Assembly: GCF_006345805.1 (NCBI RefSeq)
Contig: NC_042997.1
Coordinates: 96,596,001 to 96,660,000 of the forward strand
DNA: 64,000 nucleotides
Origin: Octopus sinensis
Lineage: Eukaryota
Reading direction: 5' to 3'
Position numbers and translations under genes: made by a program. Positions 12,400-25,849 of this stretch are shown here, in pieces (position 1 is the stretch's first letter; each line of letters opens with the position of its first letter). The notes beneath the pieces are model-generated. The model was not told the origin of the DNA. It made no database searches and worked only from the letters and a program-made list of their open reading frames with translations.

Positions 12400-14140
12400 C
12401 TCTGAAATGTGACATTTTGTCAATGAGGAATCTTGATGCCGCTGCCCTCATCTCTGTTTCTTGCTGCGAGGTAGACTCGTCAGGAACCTTGACAGGAAGA
12501 GATTCAGTTTTGTTTTAAAGTAACTTACATCCACACCATGCATGTCTCTCGGGCATTTTGGAATGATATCAAGAGCTGTGGGCTCTTGAAGTCAAAGCTG
12601 TTACAGTATCTGGTCCTGTATTTTAATGGCGACACTGGGATTTTTGGCACTATGCAGTGGCGTCCCGTTCTGCAATTTGTGTAACTTTCAATGCTAAAGT
12701 TTGGTACAATTCCTTCCAGGATTTTCCAGATGTATATCACTGCATATCTTTCCAGTTCTAGGGAGAAGAGTTTTAATTCTTTCAGATTTTCCCAGCAGCG
12801 GATACGCTGCATTGAGAGGATTTTCTTAATGTAACTTCCTTCGATTGCTCCGAGTTCCGCCGAGAATTTTATATTGTGCGGTGAACATAGTCGGGAGCAG
12901 TAATCCAGGCGGCTGAGGATGTATGTCCTCCAAATCACCATCAATGTTTCCTTTTCTCTTGTTTTGAAAGTTGGGAGAATCCATCCACCTAGCCATCTGC
13001 ATTTTAGTATCAGATTGATAATATGCACTTGGAAAAAAAGCGGTGAGCTGGCAAAAACGTTAGCACGCCGGGCGAAATGTTTAACGGTATTTCGTCTGCC
13101 GCTACGTTCTGAGTTCATATTCCGCCGGGGCCGACTTTGCCTTTCATCCTTTCGAGAGTCGATAAATTAACTACCAGTTACGCACTGGGGTCGATATAAT
13201 CGACTTAATCCGTCTGTCTGTCCTTGTTTGTCCTCTCTGCGTTTAGCCCCTTGTGGGTAGTAAATAAATAGGTATTTCGTCTGTTTGTACGTCCTGTGTT
13301 CGAATTCCACCGAGGTCGACTTTGACTTTCATCCTTTCGGGGTCGATAAATTGTGTACTGGGGTCGATCGAATCGACTGGCTCGCTTACCCAAAATTTTG
13401 CGCCTTGCACTAATAGCAGAAAAAAATATGCTCTTGAAAAGATGCGTCATTACCCTTGTCAATGCCCAGGTCATGCACTGATTTTCATTCAGGGATTGCA
13501 ATTCCTCCCGAGCCAGTTTATCCTGTCTGCATGTCGTTTAGCTGTGTGTGCTGGTAGGGAAGTGCCTGAAAATTTCCTGCATTAAACTGCATGTTGTCGT
13601 CCTCAACCCACCTGTATATTGCGTCCAACTCCTGTTGCTGATGTGCAATATTTTCAGGATTGTGTATTGTCTGGAAGGCTTTTGTGTCATCTGCATAGTT
13701 AGCAAGGGTGGCTATCTAAGCTGCTGAGGGCATGTCTAAGAGGGCCACGATAAATAGCACTGGCTCTAAGACAGTGCCCTGTGGAACACCACTTGATATT
13801 TTTGTTTCCTTAGAGGTGGCTTCTTTGGTCACCACTGCCTGACGTCTCTTAGAATGTCGTGCAACCACTCTCCAAGTGTTCCGCCCTACGCCGAGATCAC
13901 GCGGTTTGTGATATAACTTACCATGGTCAACTTTGAAAATGGCTTTTGCAAAGTCAAGATATATCACAATCCAGGCTTGAGGCATTTAGTAGTTGTTTCA
14001 ACACCCAGTCGTAGTGTTGCAAGAGCTGTGTTAGCTTCTACTTGATCGCAATACATACTGAGTGCCAGTCAGCAAGCCATATTCTTCAAGGAACGCGATT
14101 AGTTTCTTGTGGACTATTTATTCCATGATGTGTGGTGTCG
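12400..14140 (-). mobile_element. CR1-group LINE RT and 3' region, interrupted by a SINE
   Basis: IYLDFAKAIFKVDHG, SGVPQGTVLEPVLF, YADDTK, SRLDYCSRLCSP, LKELKLFSLE..IYIWKILEG. Confidence 0.9.
13036..13424 (+). mobile_element. Dimeric tRNA-derived SINE (family A) with target-site duplication
   Basis: Head gcggtgagctggc, core gcctttcatcctttcg..gtcgataaatt present twice; TSD aatatgcacttggaaa (13020-13035) / aatatgctcttgaaaa (13425-13440). Confidence 0.9.
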
Positions 14141-14569
14141 GAGATATTATCATCACTTACATGAAATTCAAAGAGATCAACGCAGTAGTTTGTACTGACA
14201 AGTAATATTTGTAGCCACTTTAAGATGGCTGCCCGTTCGAGCGGACTCTACTGCGACTTTTTAACCCCAAGATTACACCTTCTCTTGGTGGTTAATGATG
14301 CACAGCTGCATCCAATATAATTGTGAGCAGGGGAACGGACCTCTACCATCTTTGATGCAACTGTACACCGTTAACCAGCTATAGGAGACGTCCTCTTAGG
14401 GTTAATAGATCGCAGTAGAGCCTGCTCAAACGGACAGCCATGTTAAAATGGCTGCGATTGTACTTTATTCAACCCATTCACGTTGTACATCAATAGGAAC
14501 TAAAATATTTTGTCCTAATAATTTTAAACTAATGAGAAATGTAAATAAAACTATGATGAAATTATAAGA

Positions 14570-15430
14570 TTTTTCTAGAAATGCATCGAAGATCGTCACG
14601 TTCTCTTCTACTGTGAGTTCCTATATCTGCACGCACCAATGACCATATATAGTCCCCCATCATTGCAGCGTCCCATCTTCCTTGGTAATCATTGTAGCAA
14701 TATCGTGATCGAGTCTCTCACCATCTTCCTCACTCACTTGGTCCAAGTTTTCACGAAAAAGGTCTAAATGCGAATACAAAAGTGTAACTTTAACGACATT
14801 GTACAGCCTAAATTCTTATAACTCTCAATAGGTTTTGCTACGGGCTGCCTATAGGTCTTTGTTATTACCAAGGAATCTTATTATAATTAGATTAGACCCT
14901 GTAATTCAAGTATAAGAAGGCAAGCATTTTAAACTCATCACGAAGATCCCATTTAAACTTATCATCGTTTACTTACTCAAGAAGACTTTTTACGTTGTCA
15001 TATTCTTCATTTAGTTGTACTGAGAATGCAATAGGCAGGGATGAATGCTGATTTCCATTGTGTATACAAAGTTGCCATTCTTCAGGGCTGTGATCAATTC
15101 CAATAGCTGTAAACAAGCCATTTATATCTTTGCAGAAGCAGAAATATTCACGTATGCCGAAGTATACTTCGAATTCCTCATGGCGCTTCCTTATACTGTT
15201 AATTTACAGTCCTTCGCCAAGCGATTCCATTCATTTCGCCTGGATAGTAAAAGCTCAGCACCTGATGGGATCATTCTAATGGAATCATCCAGTTCACGTT
15301 GATTTGGAAAGTGTGGGCAGGTACTTGTTCCTGGCTCAAATTTTTCATCCATTTCTTCATTGTCGCCACCTTCAGACTACCCTGCTGAACCCTCCATCAT
15401 ATCTTCTGCCTGAAAAATTTAAAAGGTTGC
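14570..15430 (-). mobile_element. Chapaev3-like (CMC superfamily) DNA transposase remnant
   Basis: Manual minus-strand translation gives PHFPNQRELDD..SGAELLLSR.NEWN and FLGNNK..YSHLDLFRENLDQVSEEDGERLDHDIATM; family assignment is from recall. Confidence 0.7.
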
Positions 15431-17999
15431 ATTTAATAGTTGAAACTTTAATAGGAATTTTATGTGTAATCATATATTACTTCAATATTAATTCTGTTAC
15501 CATGAATGAAATTTAAATTTGTTATTAACAATTTGACAGGATGTACTAAGATTTTCTGGCGGCCGTGCAACCGGTAAGTTATCATTATGTAGCACAGTTA
15601 TGGTATTTTGGCCCTCGCCAAACTCTCGGAAGAGTAAAAGGCATTGCTTAGCTTGCACCTCTAAGCCATCTATCTAAATTTGACCTACCAGTTCCACATA
15701 TCACATGAGGGGCCCATATATGTTATCAAAAAGCGGTAATAGCACAAAAGAACGAAGCAATTAATATTTCTCAATTAAAGTAAAAAATCATTAATTATTC
15801 TTGTTATATTTTCTTTTAGAAATGTGTATGATGAAGATCGATAAGGTGTCATGATGTGGTCGATATGATATCGATGATTTTCATGAAGGAGTTAATTATA
15901 TAAATAATGTGCCAGCTCTTGCTTCACGCAATTCGGTTTTCTGGGTCGATCGCTGCACAATAATGTGCAGCTACTTAATAATTATTATATCTCTACTATT
16001 GCTAGAACATCTTTCACAATCTGTTTGCAATTGTATCTTCTTATAATGACTGACATAATTTAACTATATAATGATATATTTTTTTTCTTCACTGCATAAT
16101 TATTTCTAGTAAGAATATTAAATTTGCTACCAAGAACTTAAATTTGTGTGTATTGTCATTTGCCATAAAATAATAGTGGAGTAAACATTTCAACTGCGAG
16201 TTTGTTATTGTAAAATGGAGCTATTAAGAAACATGATAATTGAACAGCATTAATATAAAGCGAAAGTGTGTATTGCATAAACTTTTAATGTAAACGTAAA
16301 ACAATCCAAAATATAATTTTACCTCCTTTAGAAATGTAATGTATATACATGCGTATTTCTTAACGTTTTCCTTCATTTTTGGTTGCTAGTCTAAATTATA
16401 AAGTCTAAGATTCTCAGGTAACAGGATAACTTAATTGATTTTATTCTAAGAATATTTGTAGCGAAGAAAGTTTTAAAGCAGTTTCCTGTTGTGGCCACAT
16501 TCTGTTGAAGAAATGCACAGACTAAATTTAATACCAAGAACTTAGTATCTTTAGAAAAGTCACGAAACATTTACTGATAAAAGAATTTCGTTAGGATCTA
16601 TTTGCTACACTATAATAAAAATAATACTCCACCAACAACTTTCTAGTTCAGGTGTGCACAACTAAAACCGTGCTATTAAAAGACAAACCTTTTATCCAGA
16701 ATACGCAGGTTTTTATATTTAAAATTGATTTAGAACAAAAAGATTAACTAGAATATAAAGCAAAAACTATGATAGTAATGGTCGCAGCATTAAAGAAGTC
16801 AAGATGTTACAAATCACAGGTTTTATCATGAATTGTGCATTAATTTTTATTTATTCATTTATTTATTTATTTTCCGTTCAGCGAATGATAGATTAATATC
16901 TGCATGGAATAGACAGCAGTTTGCTTTTAGCGCAATTCAAACAAAAAAAAACTTTCAATTTCACTGATGACCAGGTGAACTGATAAAAAGAAGATTTGTG
17001 TCTGTCGCGAAACAGAAACAATATATTGTGAGAAATGTGAATGCAATAGTCACGAACTAAATTCATACATTTGTATTAATGTCAGTTTTGATGTAACAAT
17101 GTGCGGGGTTAAAAACATTATTCCTCTCTGTTAAGCGCTCGAATACCGACAGTCTGGAATATTCTTTATGATCGTAGGAAACGATGATAAAAATACATTT
17201 ATTACTAATGAAGTGAACTGCTTGTTACTATACTACTTTACATGCACGTATCTTCTGAAAATACATCTAAATGCAACAGAAAGAATATGCCTTTCTCTTA
17301 CGTTTTCCTCGAAAGTAATTTGAATTGGCTCTCTTCGTTATGAGATGTAGCCAAGAGACGATCAGCTCTGGCGCAAGTAAAAGCTAGTTTCCAATCTAAA
17401 CCACGAATGACCTAATTCAGTTTCTTGTTTTTTTTTTACTTAATGTTAAGTGTCTTGGAACAAGCCCATTTGGACAAATAGTTGTAAGAAATGTTAAAGC
17501 TTACGGGCTCCAACACTGATAGGCGAAAGGAGATTCTTATTCATACGGCAGACTACTTGCGCTACATTTCTCACAGAGAAACTAAGCTGGAAACACACAA
17601 GTGAGAGGTGGTGATGTTAAAATACACGACGTGTGTCTGTCACCCAAAAAGGAGAATGAATTCTCCTACTGACATTCTTACAGCGTAATTTAACGAAGTA
17701 TCAGTTGCAAGCATTTAAACAATACAGTAATATGTATTTCCAAAGCAACCTTGATATCTACACAACTATGCTCGGTTATATTCGTGATTTTGTTCATTAC
17801 ACTGTCTCCAAAGCTGCACAATCAATGATGTCTGTCGTACTTTGCAGGTGTAAATTACAAAACGTATACTGATACTACCAGAAAAGCACTCATTTCCACC
17901 CATATGCACCGCCAAGCAACTCATTTCCACCCATATGCAGGCCCAATTTCCCAAACCAACGCCGCTAAAAACATAATTTCCTTGAGGGGAGGGGTAAAA

Positions 18000-18485
18000 A
18001 CAAAATAAAACAGCCATATGATTTTGAAAAAAACCCTTTAAAAACAGGAATCATCTGAAGCTTTTTGGGTCGATACCAATAGTCAAAGCTTCTCATATCA
18101 TCATCCCCAGACCTCCCTCAAGCAGCTCATTTTAAGATAGATACACGAGTAAAATTACTAAAACGAAAATAAACTTTTGAAACAGAAACGCCACCATAGG
18201 TTACGTGCAAATGATGAACGTGTCTTCAAGGGAGATAATCAAAGAATGTAACATTGTAATACTTCATGTAAAATAAATATAACAAAGGAAAAATCCTTCA
18301 AGAATCCTTACAAATTCCAGGATAACTACCGAAATTTTATCATCTGTTCCTTGTGTCAATACCAACTTTTTCTATAAGTTTCATCAAATAACGTTCATAA
18401 CTTTTTGAGTTATTTTGCACATAGACAGACAGACTGACAAACCAACGCCGATGAAAACATAACCTCCTTCCTTGGCGGAGGTAAT
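18000..18485 (+). mobile_element. Helentron/HINE-like non-autonomous element, 3' part
   Basis: About 420 bp shared with 20201-20623; short GACA run; ends aacctccttccttggcggaggtaat. Confidence 0.7.
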
Positions 18486-18640
18486 TGAATCGCTTTTAAA
18501 TTCGAACACTAGTAGAAAATATATAGTGACTTAAGTATGCAGAGTCTTAAGCACAGAAAAATAGAAGTGTTAAGCTTCTCAATATCTATAATTACAAATT
18601 TTGTTACACACAAACAGGCATTATTATGTATAAATATGTG

Positions 18641-18681
<41 letters not shown>

Positions 18682-18699
18682 CAAATTTTGACACAAGGG

Positions 18700-18860
18700 C
18701 AGCCATTTCTTGTGATAGGAAGCCGATTACATCGACCCCAGTGCTCAGCTGATACCTGTTTCATCGATCCCGAAAGGTCGAACCGCAAAGTCGATTCCGG
18801 TGACATATGATCACGTAATGTAAAGTCTGAAGAAATGACACTGAGCATTTTCTTTGGAAA
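18700..18860 (-). mobile_element. Family A SINE, decayed
   Basis: cgattacatcgaccccagtgctca..ttcatcgatcccgaaagg matches the reverse complement of the core. Confidence 0.7.
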
Positions 18861-19024
18861 TATATATATTATGTACAATAAACAATTTCAGTAATTACGG
18901 AGAATTTCTATTGTAATATTTATTTATTGAGGATGCTAAAGTGCAAGTGACTCTATTAATGACAGCATTTATGAGAAGGTAATTACTGCTAACATGGAGA
19001 TACATTTTTCCAATCAGAGTTAGG

Positions 19025-20623
19025 AAACAAGAAAATCACTCGGAGAGCGCAGACCTCCGGCAAACCAGAAGGAGCAGCACTACGACGACGACGACCACCA
19101 TCACCACCACTACCACCATATCACAATCACCACCGCAACTGTCCTACCACTATCACCACCACCACAACAACCAAAATCAGCAGCAGCTTTGTCATTGCTT
19201 CCACTTGAACCACATACACCGCCATCAACGTTATCATGGCAGTTACCTTGACAGTCACTTTCACCACCACAGCCATTACAATGCCAACATCACACAACTA
19301 ACATTATCATCAACACCTATTTTACCACCATCACCTCAGCATCACACATCACGCCACTCCTGTCGCCATTATAACCGCCAATACTATTTTATCCTCCTCC
19401 CATACTTATCTTGACCATCGTCATCATCAACACTCTCTCTGCTTTCACCACAATCACCGTAAAAAAATCGATCACCACAATTACCTTCTTTACACAGTTG
19501 AAAATCAATTATCCGATACTCATGGGACCGAGATTGTTGCAGATTTTTTAATTTTCTAATTTCGGAGTTCTTTATTAAAAAACAATTGCATCTACAAAGC
19601 GAAACAGTTTGAGGATAGAAACCAAGTCTAAACACAATAGCTTATAGACATACTCTGAATGTAGTTCTATATAAATCTTTAATAATTATTTTTATGCTTA
19701 AGACCATCAGAAATGTTAAGATATCAGCCTCTAACCACGTTGTCATGCTTTGATTAAAAGGTTACAGCATAGAGTAGATTACTTAGATAAGTTTCGGTTG
19801 AAGCTGACTCGGGCCATGTCTAATTTAATAGCACCACCTAGAAGATATACACAGTCAGCTCTGAGGAACCCATTCATGCAGAGGGTTATTGTTTTCAGAG
19901 ACATATCTGGGTGTGGGTGGTTTATCTGGTATGTGATGTGGGTAATCATCTAGGGATCGTTTGAATGCAGTAAATCAGTTCCCTCCTTTATGTGTGCCTG
20001 TTGAAGAGAGCTGGGCCAATTGAGGTGAAATAGTTCTGTCATAGTGTTGTGATACAACACGAACATTTCTGTAGTGGACGGATGGCACGGGGACCAAGCC
20101 TAGGACGAATTTTAAAGATGGGCAATGTTGCTGGAATATTTTTCACATCATACAGATGATATAGAGCTTACAGCGGCGGTGGAGGGAGCAAAGCCTGAGA
20201 TTTTTGAGTCGATCCCAATAGTCGAGGCTTATCATGTCATCGTCCCCAGAACTCCCTCAAACAGCTCATTTTAAGATAGATACTCGACTAAAATTACTAA
20301 AACGAAAATAAACTTTTGAAACAGCAACGCCACCATAGATTACATACAAACCATGAACGTGTTTCCAAGGGATATAATAAGAGAACGTAACATTGTAATA
20401 CTTCATGTAAAGTAAATATAACAAAGGAAAAATCCTTCAAGAATCCATAAACATTCGAGGATAACTACCAAAATTTCGTCATCCGTTTTGTGTGTCATTA
20501 CCAACATTTCCTGAAAGTGTCATCCAGTACCGTTTACAACTTTTTGAGTTATTTTGCACAGAGATGGACAGACATCAAACCAACGCCAATGAAAATATGA
20601 TCTCCTTCCTTGGCGGAGGTAAT
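19025..20623 (+). mobile_element. Helentron/HINE-like non-autonomous element, probably full length
   Basis: Begins aaacaagaaaatcactcggagagcgcagacctccggcaa; sub-terminal acctccggcaa (19053-19063) is complementary to ttggcggaggt at the 3' end; internal cryptic (CAC/CAT)n tract. Confidence 0.65.
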
Positions 20624-20868
20624 TCCATTTGTCCAGAAGTAAATTTGGAGACAACGAGTTTGAAATTGAGATGATTCGTAATTTCATACGGTTAGATACG
20701 ACGAACAGAAGGACCAAATCTCAGAAGGACCAAATCGCAAAATGGCTTGTACTGTAGAGTCCAGCGAAACTAAACATACCTAAATTAAACATACTTATTT
20801 TGCAAATATTTATGGGATTTAAAAATTAAAATATAGTTTATTGTATTGAACGTTGATAAAGTTATAAG

Positions 20869-20963
20869 GGCCTGATGATTGGGGTGGCATCTTGAGAGGG
20901 GTTCCTGGGAAACACGGAGTGGTTTAGGAACCCGAGGATGTACCTCAGGAAACACGTGTTGCC
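20869..20963 (+). ncRNA. Minimal type-I hammerhead ribozyme motif with long stem II
   Basis: ggc-CTGATGA-t-[tggggtggcatc..gggttcct..aggaaccc..gatgtacctca]-g-GAAA-C-acgt-GTT-gcc. Confidence 0.7.
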
Positions 20964-21043
20964 AAGGAATAAAGCAGTAGGTATTTAAAATAAAAATAAT
21001 AATTCTTTGTATTTGATGAGATGTAGGGGTATACTATCTCTAA

Positions 21044-21077
<34 letters not shown>

Positions 21078-22564
21078 CAACGACGGTCGTGGTTGAATAT
21101 ATTCTTAAGTCCACAACTTCGTCAATCGCAGCAGCTTCCAAGATTCTAATTCAGTTCTCAACTTGATTTCAAACTGTTAATAGTTTTAAAAAGAACACTT
21201 TCTGTCTTTTTGTTCCGAGTTCAAGTTCTACCTTCCTTTAAGGTTTTACCTTCCTTAAGGTTTGTTTTATTAAGTATATAATAAACTTATATTTAATATG
21301 CTGTTGAATTAGAGTAAGTTAATTAACTTTCTGTTTTCTGCTGTTTTTGCTCTTCCTATTTATTGGCTTACCTTTTCTTTTAGTTAATTATTTGATCAGG
21401 CTGGTTCATTAATGTTATATGATTCAGATAAATGCATCTAAATTTATTGAGGCACTAATATAGTAATTGTTGGCTGTGTCTCTATGGTCAGACCTGAAGG
21501 AATGTAGTAAGACTGTCTAGAAAACGATTTGGTTAAAAGTGTTTATATTCTCAATTTAGTTTTTAAATTCCAGAATTAATTAAAAGCGATTTTTCAATAA
21601 TCAAATTTACATTAATGGGATGTAGGTAATTTTAACTTATGTATATCTAATATGCTTTTATAATAATTGTTGTATTGAATAATTATTGTTAGATCTAGAT
21701 TAGCGGCAATCAGTACTATTATCCCTAACTCAAAATCTAGGTTGCTTAAGGTGAGCCTGGTATGGTAACTGGTGGTTTTTGCGTCTTGTTGTTTGTAACT
21801 TTTGGTGAGACATGGTGCAACCAAATAGATGGTAAAATTCCCTGCCATTAATTTAGTGTGGTTGAGTAATATCAAATAATTCAATCACAACATATATTTA
21901 AATTAAACATGAATAATATTGAAATATTACCATCACTTACATAGAAAAATTGAAATATTATCTCTCGGTATTTCATAAGTTAAAATCTTAAATTATTAAT
22001 TGACACATTATTAATTACCTTGTAACAGCAATGCCTAGAAGAATCATGGAATACATAGGAAAATGTGAGCATGAAAAGTAAGATTATAAATCTGGAAAAG
22101 TACAAGAAAAGATATTACACCTGATCAAATATAGGACAAGCTATTATTTCCAGTAAAGTAAAGAATAAATTTTTACTTAAAATATTGTAGCTAAAATTAA
22201 AATTTTGATATTAAAAATTATCTTATAGTTTACAAATAACACTATACTCATTTAAGTAGAATTTGGCTAATTTACTACCTTAAATACCGGAGAAACAAAT
22301 TAATTAGACAAACTTACAAATTAGATTAACAGTATTGTACAATAAATTTAAAAGACGCGAACTGTAAAGTGTGATAAATTAGAAAAACTGGCATTCTTTG
22401 CTGCAATATTATAGATAAAGAGCTTCTTATTCTTTACTAGAAGTAATATCTTGCCCTAAACTTTTCCAGGTGCAATAGATTGTCCTGTACTTTTCCAGGT
22501 TTATAATTTTTAAAATATTACTTTTTATGCTCGCAATTTTCCATGTAATATATATATATATACA

Positions 22565-23180
22565 TCGAAAAAAGGCTGCTGGAGATGCAACAATTCTATG
22601 TGAGGGAGAAAGCAGACAAGGAAGCCTGGGTTATAGAAAACATTAAATCAAACCCAAAGGCCTTCTTTCCTTACGCGAAAGAAACAGTCTCAGTACACTA
22701 CAAGATAGGACCCCTCCTCCAAAAGGATGGCTCCCTCACAGACAGTCCAACTAAGATCAGTGGGATACTGAATGACCAGTTCAAAAGTGTCTTTACCACC
22801 CCGTTGGAACACAGACAAGTGAACGAACCAGTGAACCTCTTTACCGCCTCACCTATAATCAGCGAGGCAGTTACAATAGAATATATTGACATTAGTGAAG
22901 ATGTCCTACTAGCAATAGATGAAGTGGACACAAACTCAACTGCTGGTCCTGATGGTTTCCCAGCAATCCTCCTCAAAGAGTGTAAGCATGCCCTGGCAAA
23001 GCACCTCAAGAATCTCTTCCAGAGCTTTCTTACAAATGGCAAACTGCCAAGCAAGCTGAAGGAGGGAATAATATGCCCAATATATAAAGGGGGAAGTAGA
23101 GCAGATACCAAAAACTATAGGCCTATCTCTCTGACTTCACACATCAGCAAAGTCATGGAACGGATAGTCAGAAAGAAACA
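22565..23180 (+). mobile_element. CR1-group LINE ORF2 fragment (pre-RT and RT start), still open
   Basis: IKSNPKAFF, GPDGFPAILLKEC, ICPIYKGG..KNYRPISLTSHISKVMERIV. Confidence 0.92.
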
Positions 23181-23479
23181 GAGGGAAAATGGAAAATGTC
23201 CCTTGTATTTGAAAAACTATGGAAATAAGTGTTTTAAAAAACGTTTCATTTAATTTTAACTACAATTTACTTGTTCTTCATACTTTACTCTAAGTTGAAA
23301 AAATTGCAATGACTGAAACCGGTACTAAAATGTTCTTCATGATAAAATTATTTTAGCATTTTCTACCTTGTCTCATTTTCCTCATAAAGCTAAGTAATCT
23401 ATTTCTATTTAAGATTTAAAAATTTTTAATTTTAAATATTTTAATAAGTCTTATTGTATAATTTATATTCTATATAAAT

Positions 23480-24490
23480 ACTGATTGTTATGTAATGATT
23501 TAGTCATCGAAGTTATGTAATGATTTAGTTATCGAAGTTATGTATTATTAGATTTTAACTCTACGTTTATTTGTAAGACTTTACTTAGCAAAAAGAGATA
23601 TATAAATCGTTAATAGTAATACGATTTTTTATGTTAGGTTTCTTGTCTATACATTTATTGATAGCATAAATTTTAGTCTTTAATCACTATATTTGTTGAT
23701 AGTTATTTGGTTATTATTTTTAAATATTTTATAATTATTAGCTGTGTACTTAATTCTAATATATGAATAACGATTTTTTAGTTAAATAATTTGGTAATTA
23801 CATTTTTGGACTATAACTGAGTTAAGGATATTTGTGAGTTTATTATGTTTTTTTAATCTATTTTATATATTCATAAATATCTCTAATAGTTGACTTAGTT
23901 CTATTATAGCTTATATATAGAGCTATTTTCAATTGATAATGTGTAGTATTATTTTTCATTGATAAATATATTCGTAGTATTTATTGGATACTATATAACT
24001 ACGGATTGATAATTTCATTGTATAAGTATTTAGTTGTTGAAGTTATGTATTTCATTATTTCATTATTAGTTCTTAACTATACAGTGTTTGTAAGTTATTA
24101 ATTAGCCAACGAGATATATGGATCGTTAAATAGTTATAGGGTTTTTTAAGATAATTTATTTGTTTACAATTTGCTTTAATCTTTTAATTTTGAATATATT
24201 TCATAAATAATAATGAATAATTAATTTATTTAGTTTTTTATTATACGTATATATATTTATTGATAGAGATACTTTTAGATCTTAATTATTATATTTATAT
24301 ATATTTATTTATATTTTTTATAATTTAGTTATTATTCAAATATTTTATAATCATTTGATTTGAACTTAGATTTAATAATATGAATAGTGATTATTTTTGT
24401 CTATTTTTTTGTTAAATAATTAGGTAATTAGATATTGACTATAACTGAGGTTAGGTTATTCGTGAGTTTATTATGTTTTTTTTAAAGCCA
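23480..24490. repeat. Diverged AT-rich tandem duplication
   Basis: Blocks gaagttatgtatt, agagatatat..atcgttaa and gactataactgag-ttagg..gtgagtttattatgtttttt recur at ~23520-23860 and ~24030-24490. Confidence 0.75.
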
Positions 24491-24700
24491 TATTATATCT
24501 GAATAGATAAATACATTTTCTATCTATTCTTACCTTAAAAATTAATATTTAACATTATAATTGGATTGTATGACATAATCATAATCGTTAAAGTTTTCTA
24601 GTTTGATAATATAATTTTTTATAAGAAAAATTATTATTTTATTTATTTCTTAAAAAATGCTGTTTAAATATATTTGCTTATTTATTTAATTATTATCATT

Positions 24701-24765
24701 AACCTGAAGATTGACTATAACCATAATTCGAATTAAGTTATGGGCATGAAACGTACGTAGTGGTT
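24701..24765 (+). ncRNA. Minimal type-I hammerhead ribozyme motif (PLE type)
   Basis: aac-CTGAAGA-t-tgactataac..gttatgggca-t-GAAA-C-gtac-GTA-gtggtt. Confidence 0.7.
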
Positions 24766-25019
24766 TTACTTTTTATCTTATATTAAACATTTTAATAATT
24801 TTTATAGTTATATATATTAAAAAAATTAAATATAAATTAATAATTTAAATTTTAAAATTTTATATTTGATATATTTTGTATATCATATTAATTATTTTTA
24901 TTTTTATGTTTTGGTTTATGTTTTCACTGTTTGATTTGCCTAATAGTGGTTTTATCTCTAATTTAACTTATATATATATATATATATACATATGTATATA
25001 CGTATATACACGTATATAT

Positions 25020-25073
<54 letters not shown>

Positions 25074-25329
25074 GAGAAAGAGAGAAAGCACTACTGGTAG
25101 AAGACATCAGCCACTAAGCTGGAAACTCCACTGAACTTTGCTTAGTGAGAAGGGTAAATGTTGGACAGCCGGCGGTATGGAAGGTATAACCGTCAAAGGG
25201 GGAGGAGCTTCTCAGTAGTAAACGACCATCCCAAATTGTGTACATATATATATATATATAATAGTTTTATATTTTTTTATTTTTTTATTTCATATTATAA
25301 ATATATATATGTATATATATATATGTATA

Positions 25330-25370
<41 letters not shown>

Positions 25371-25371
25371 G

Positions 25372-25435
25372 GGGAGGCATAATGGCCCAGTGGTTAGGGC
25401 AGCGGACTCACGGTTTCCATTCCCAGACCGGGAAT
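25372..25435 (+). mobile_element. Truncated tRNA-derived SINE head
   Basis: A-box-like tggcccagtggttagg and B-box-like ggtttccattccc. Confidence 0.55.
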
Positions 25436-25849
25436 CTAGTCAAAACTATTGAAAAGATTGCAAGACGCAAAGAAAAGTTTAGAAAAATAAAAAAGAAATA
25501 AGTGGAAATTTTATCGGTGGGTGTGTTAAATTATAAGGTACTAAAAGAGAATGACCCTCTCCACACAGAACAGTATATATATATATAATAAAAGGGTAAA
25601 ATTTATTAATTAAATTAATTAAATTAATTAATCAATTAATCAATAATTTTGCCAAGTAGATCAGTACGTTAAGATAACCTTTATATGTAAAATTATCCAC
25701 ATAATTGTAATTAAGGTTCAGCTAATTGCTTCACCACATACCGAAATTAGAAATAGCAGTTAAAATTCCTTTTCTGCTACTATAAGAATTTCCATGACGG
25801 TAAGCATACTTTTTTACGAAGGCAAAAAGAAAAACAATGAATCAACACG

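Noticed and set aside
16960-16985. CTGATGA as a hammerhead core (also ~51916, ~57936)
   Set aside because: No stem II or correctly placed GAAA/NUH
25372-25435. tRNA gene
   Set aside because: Only A/B-box-like motifs and no complete cloverleaf; treated as a SINE head
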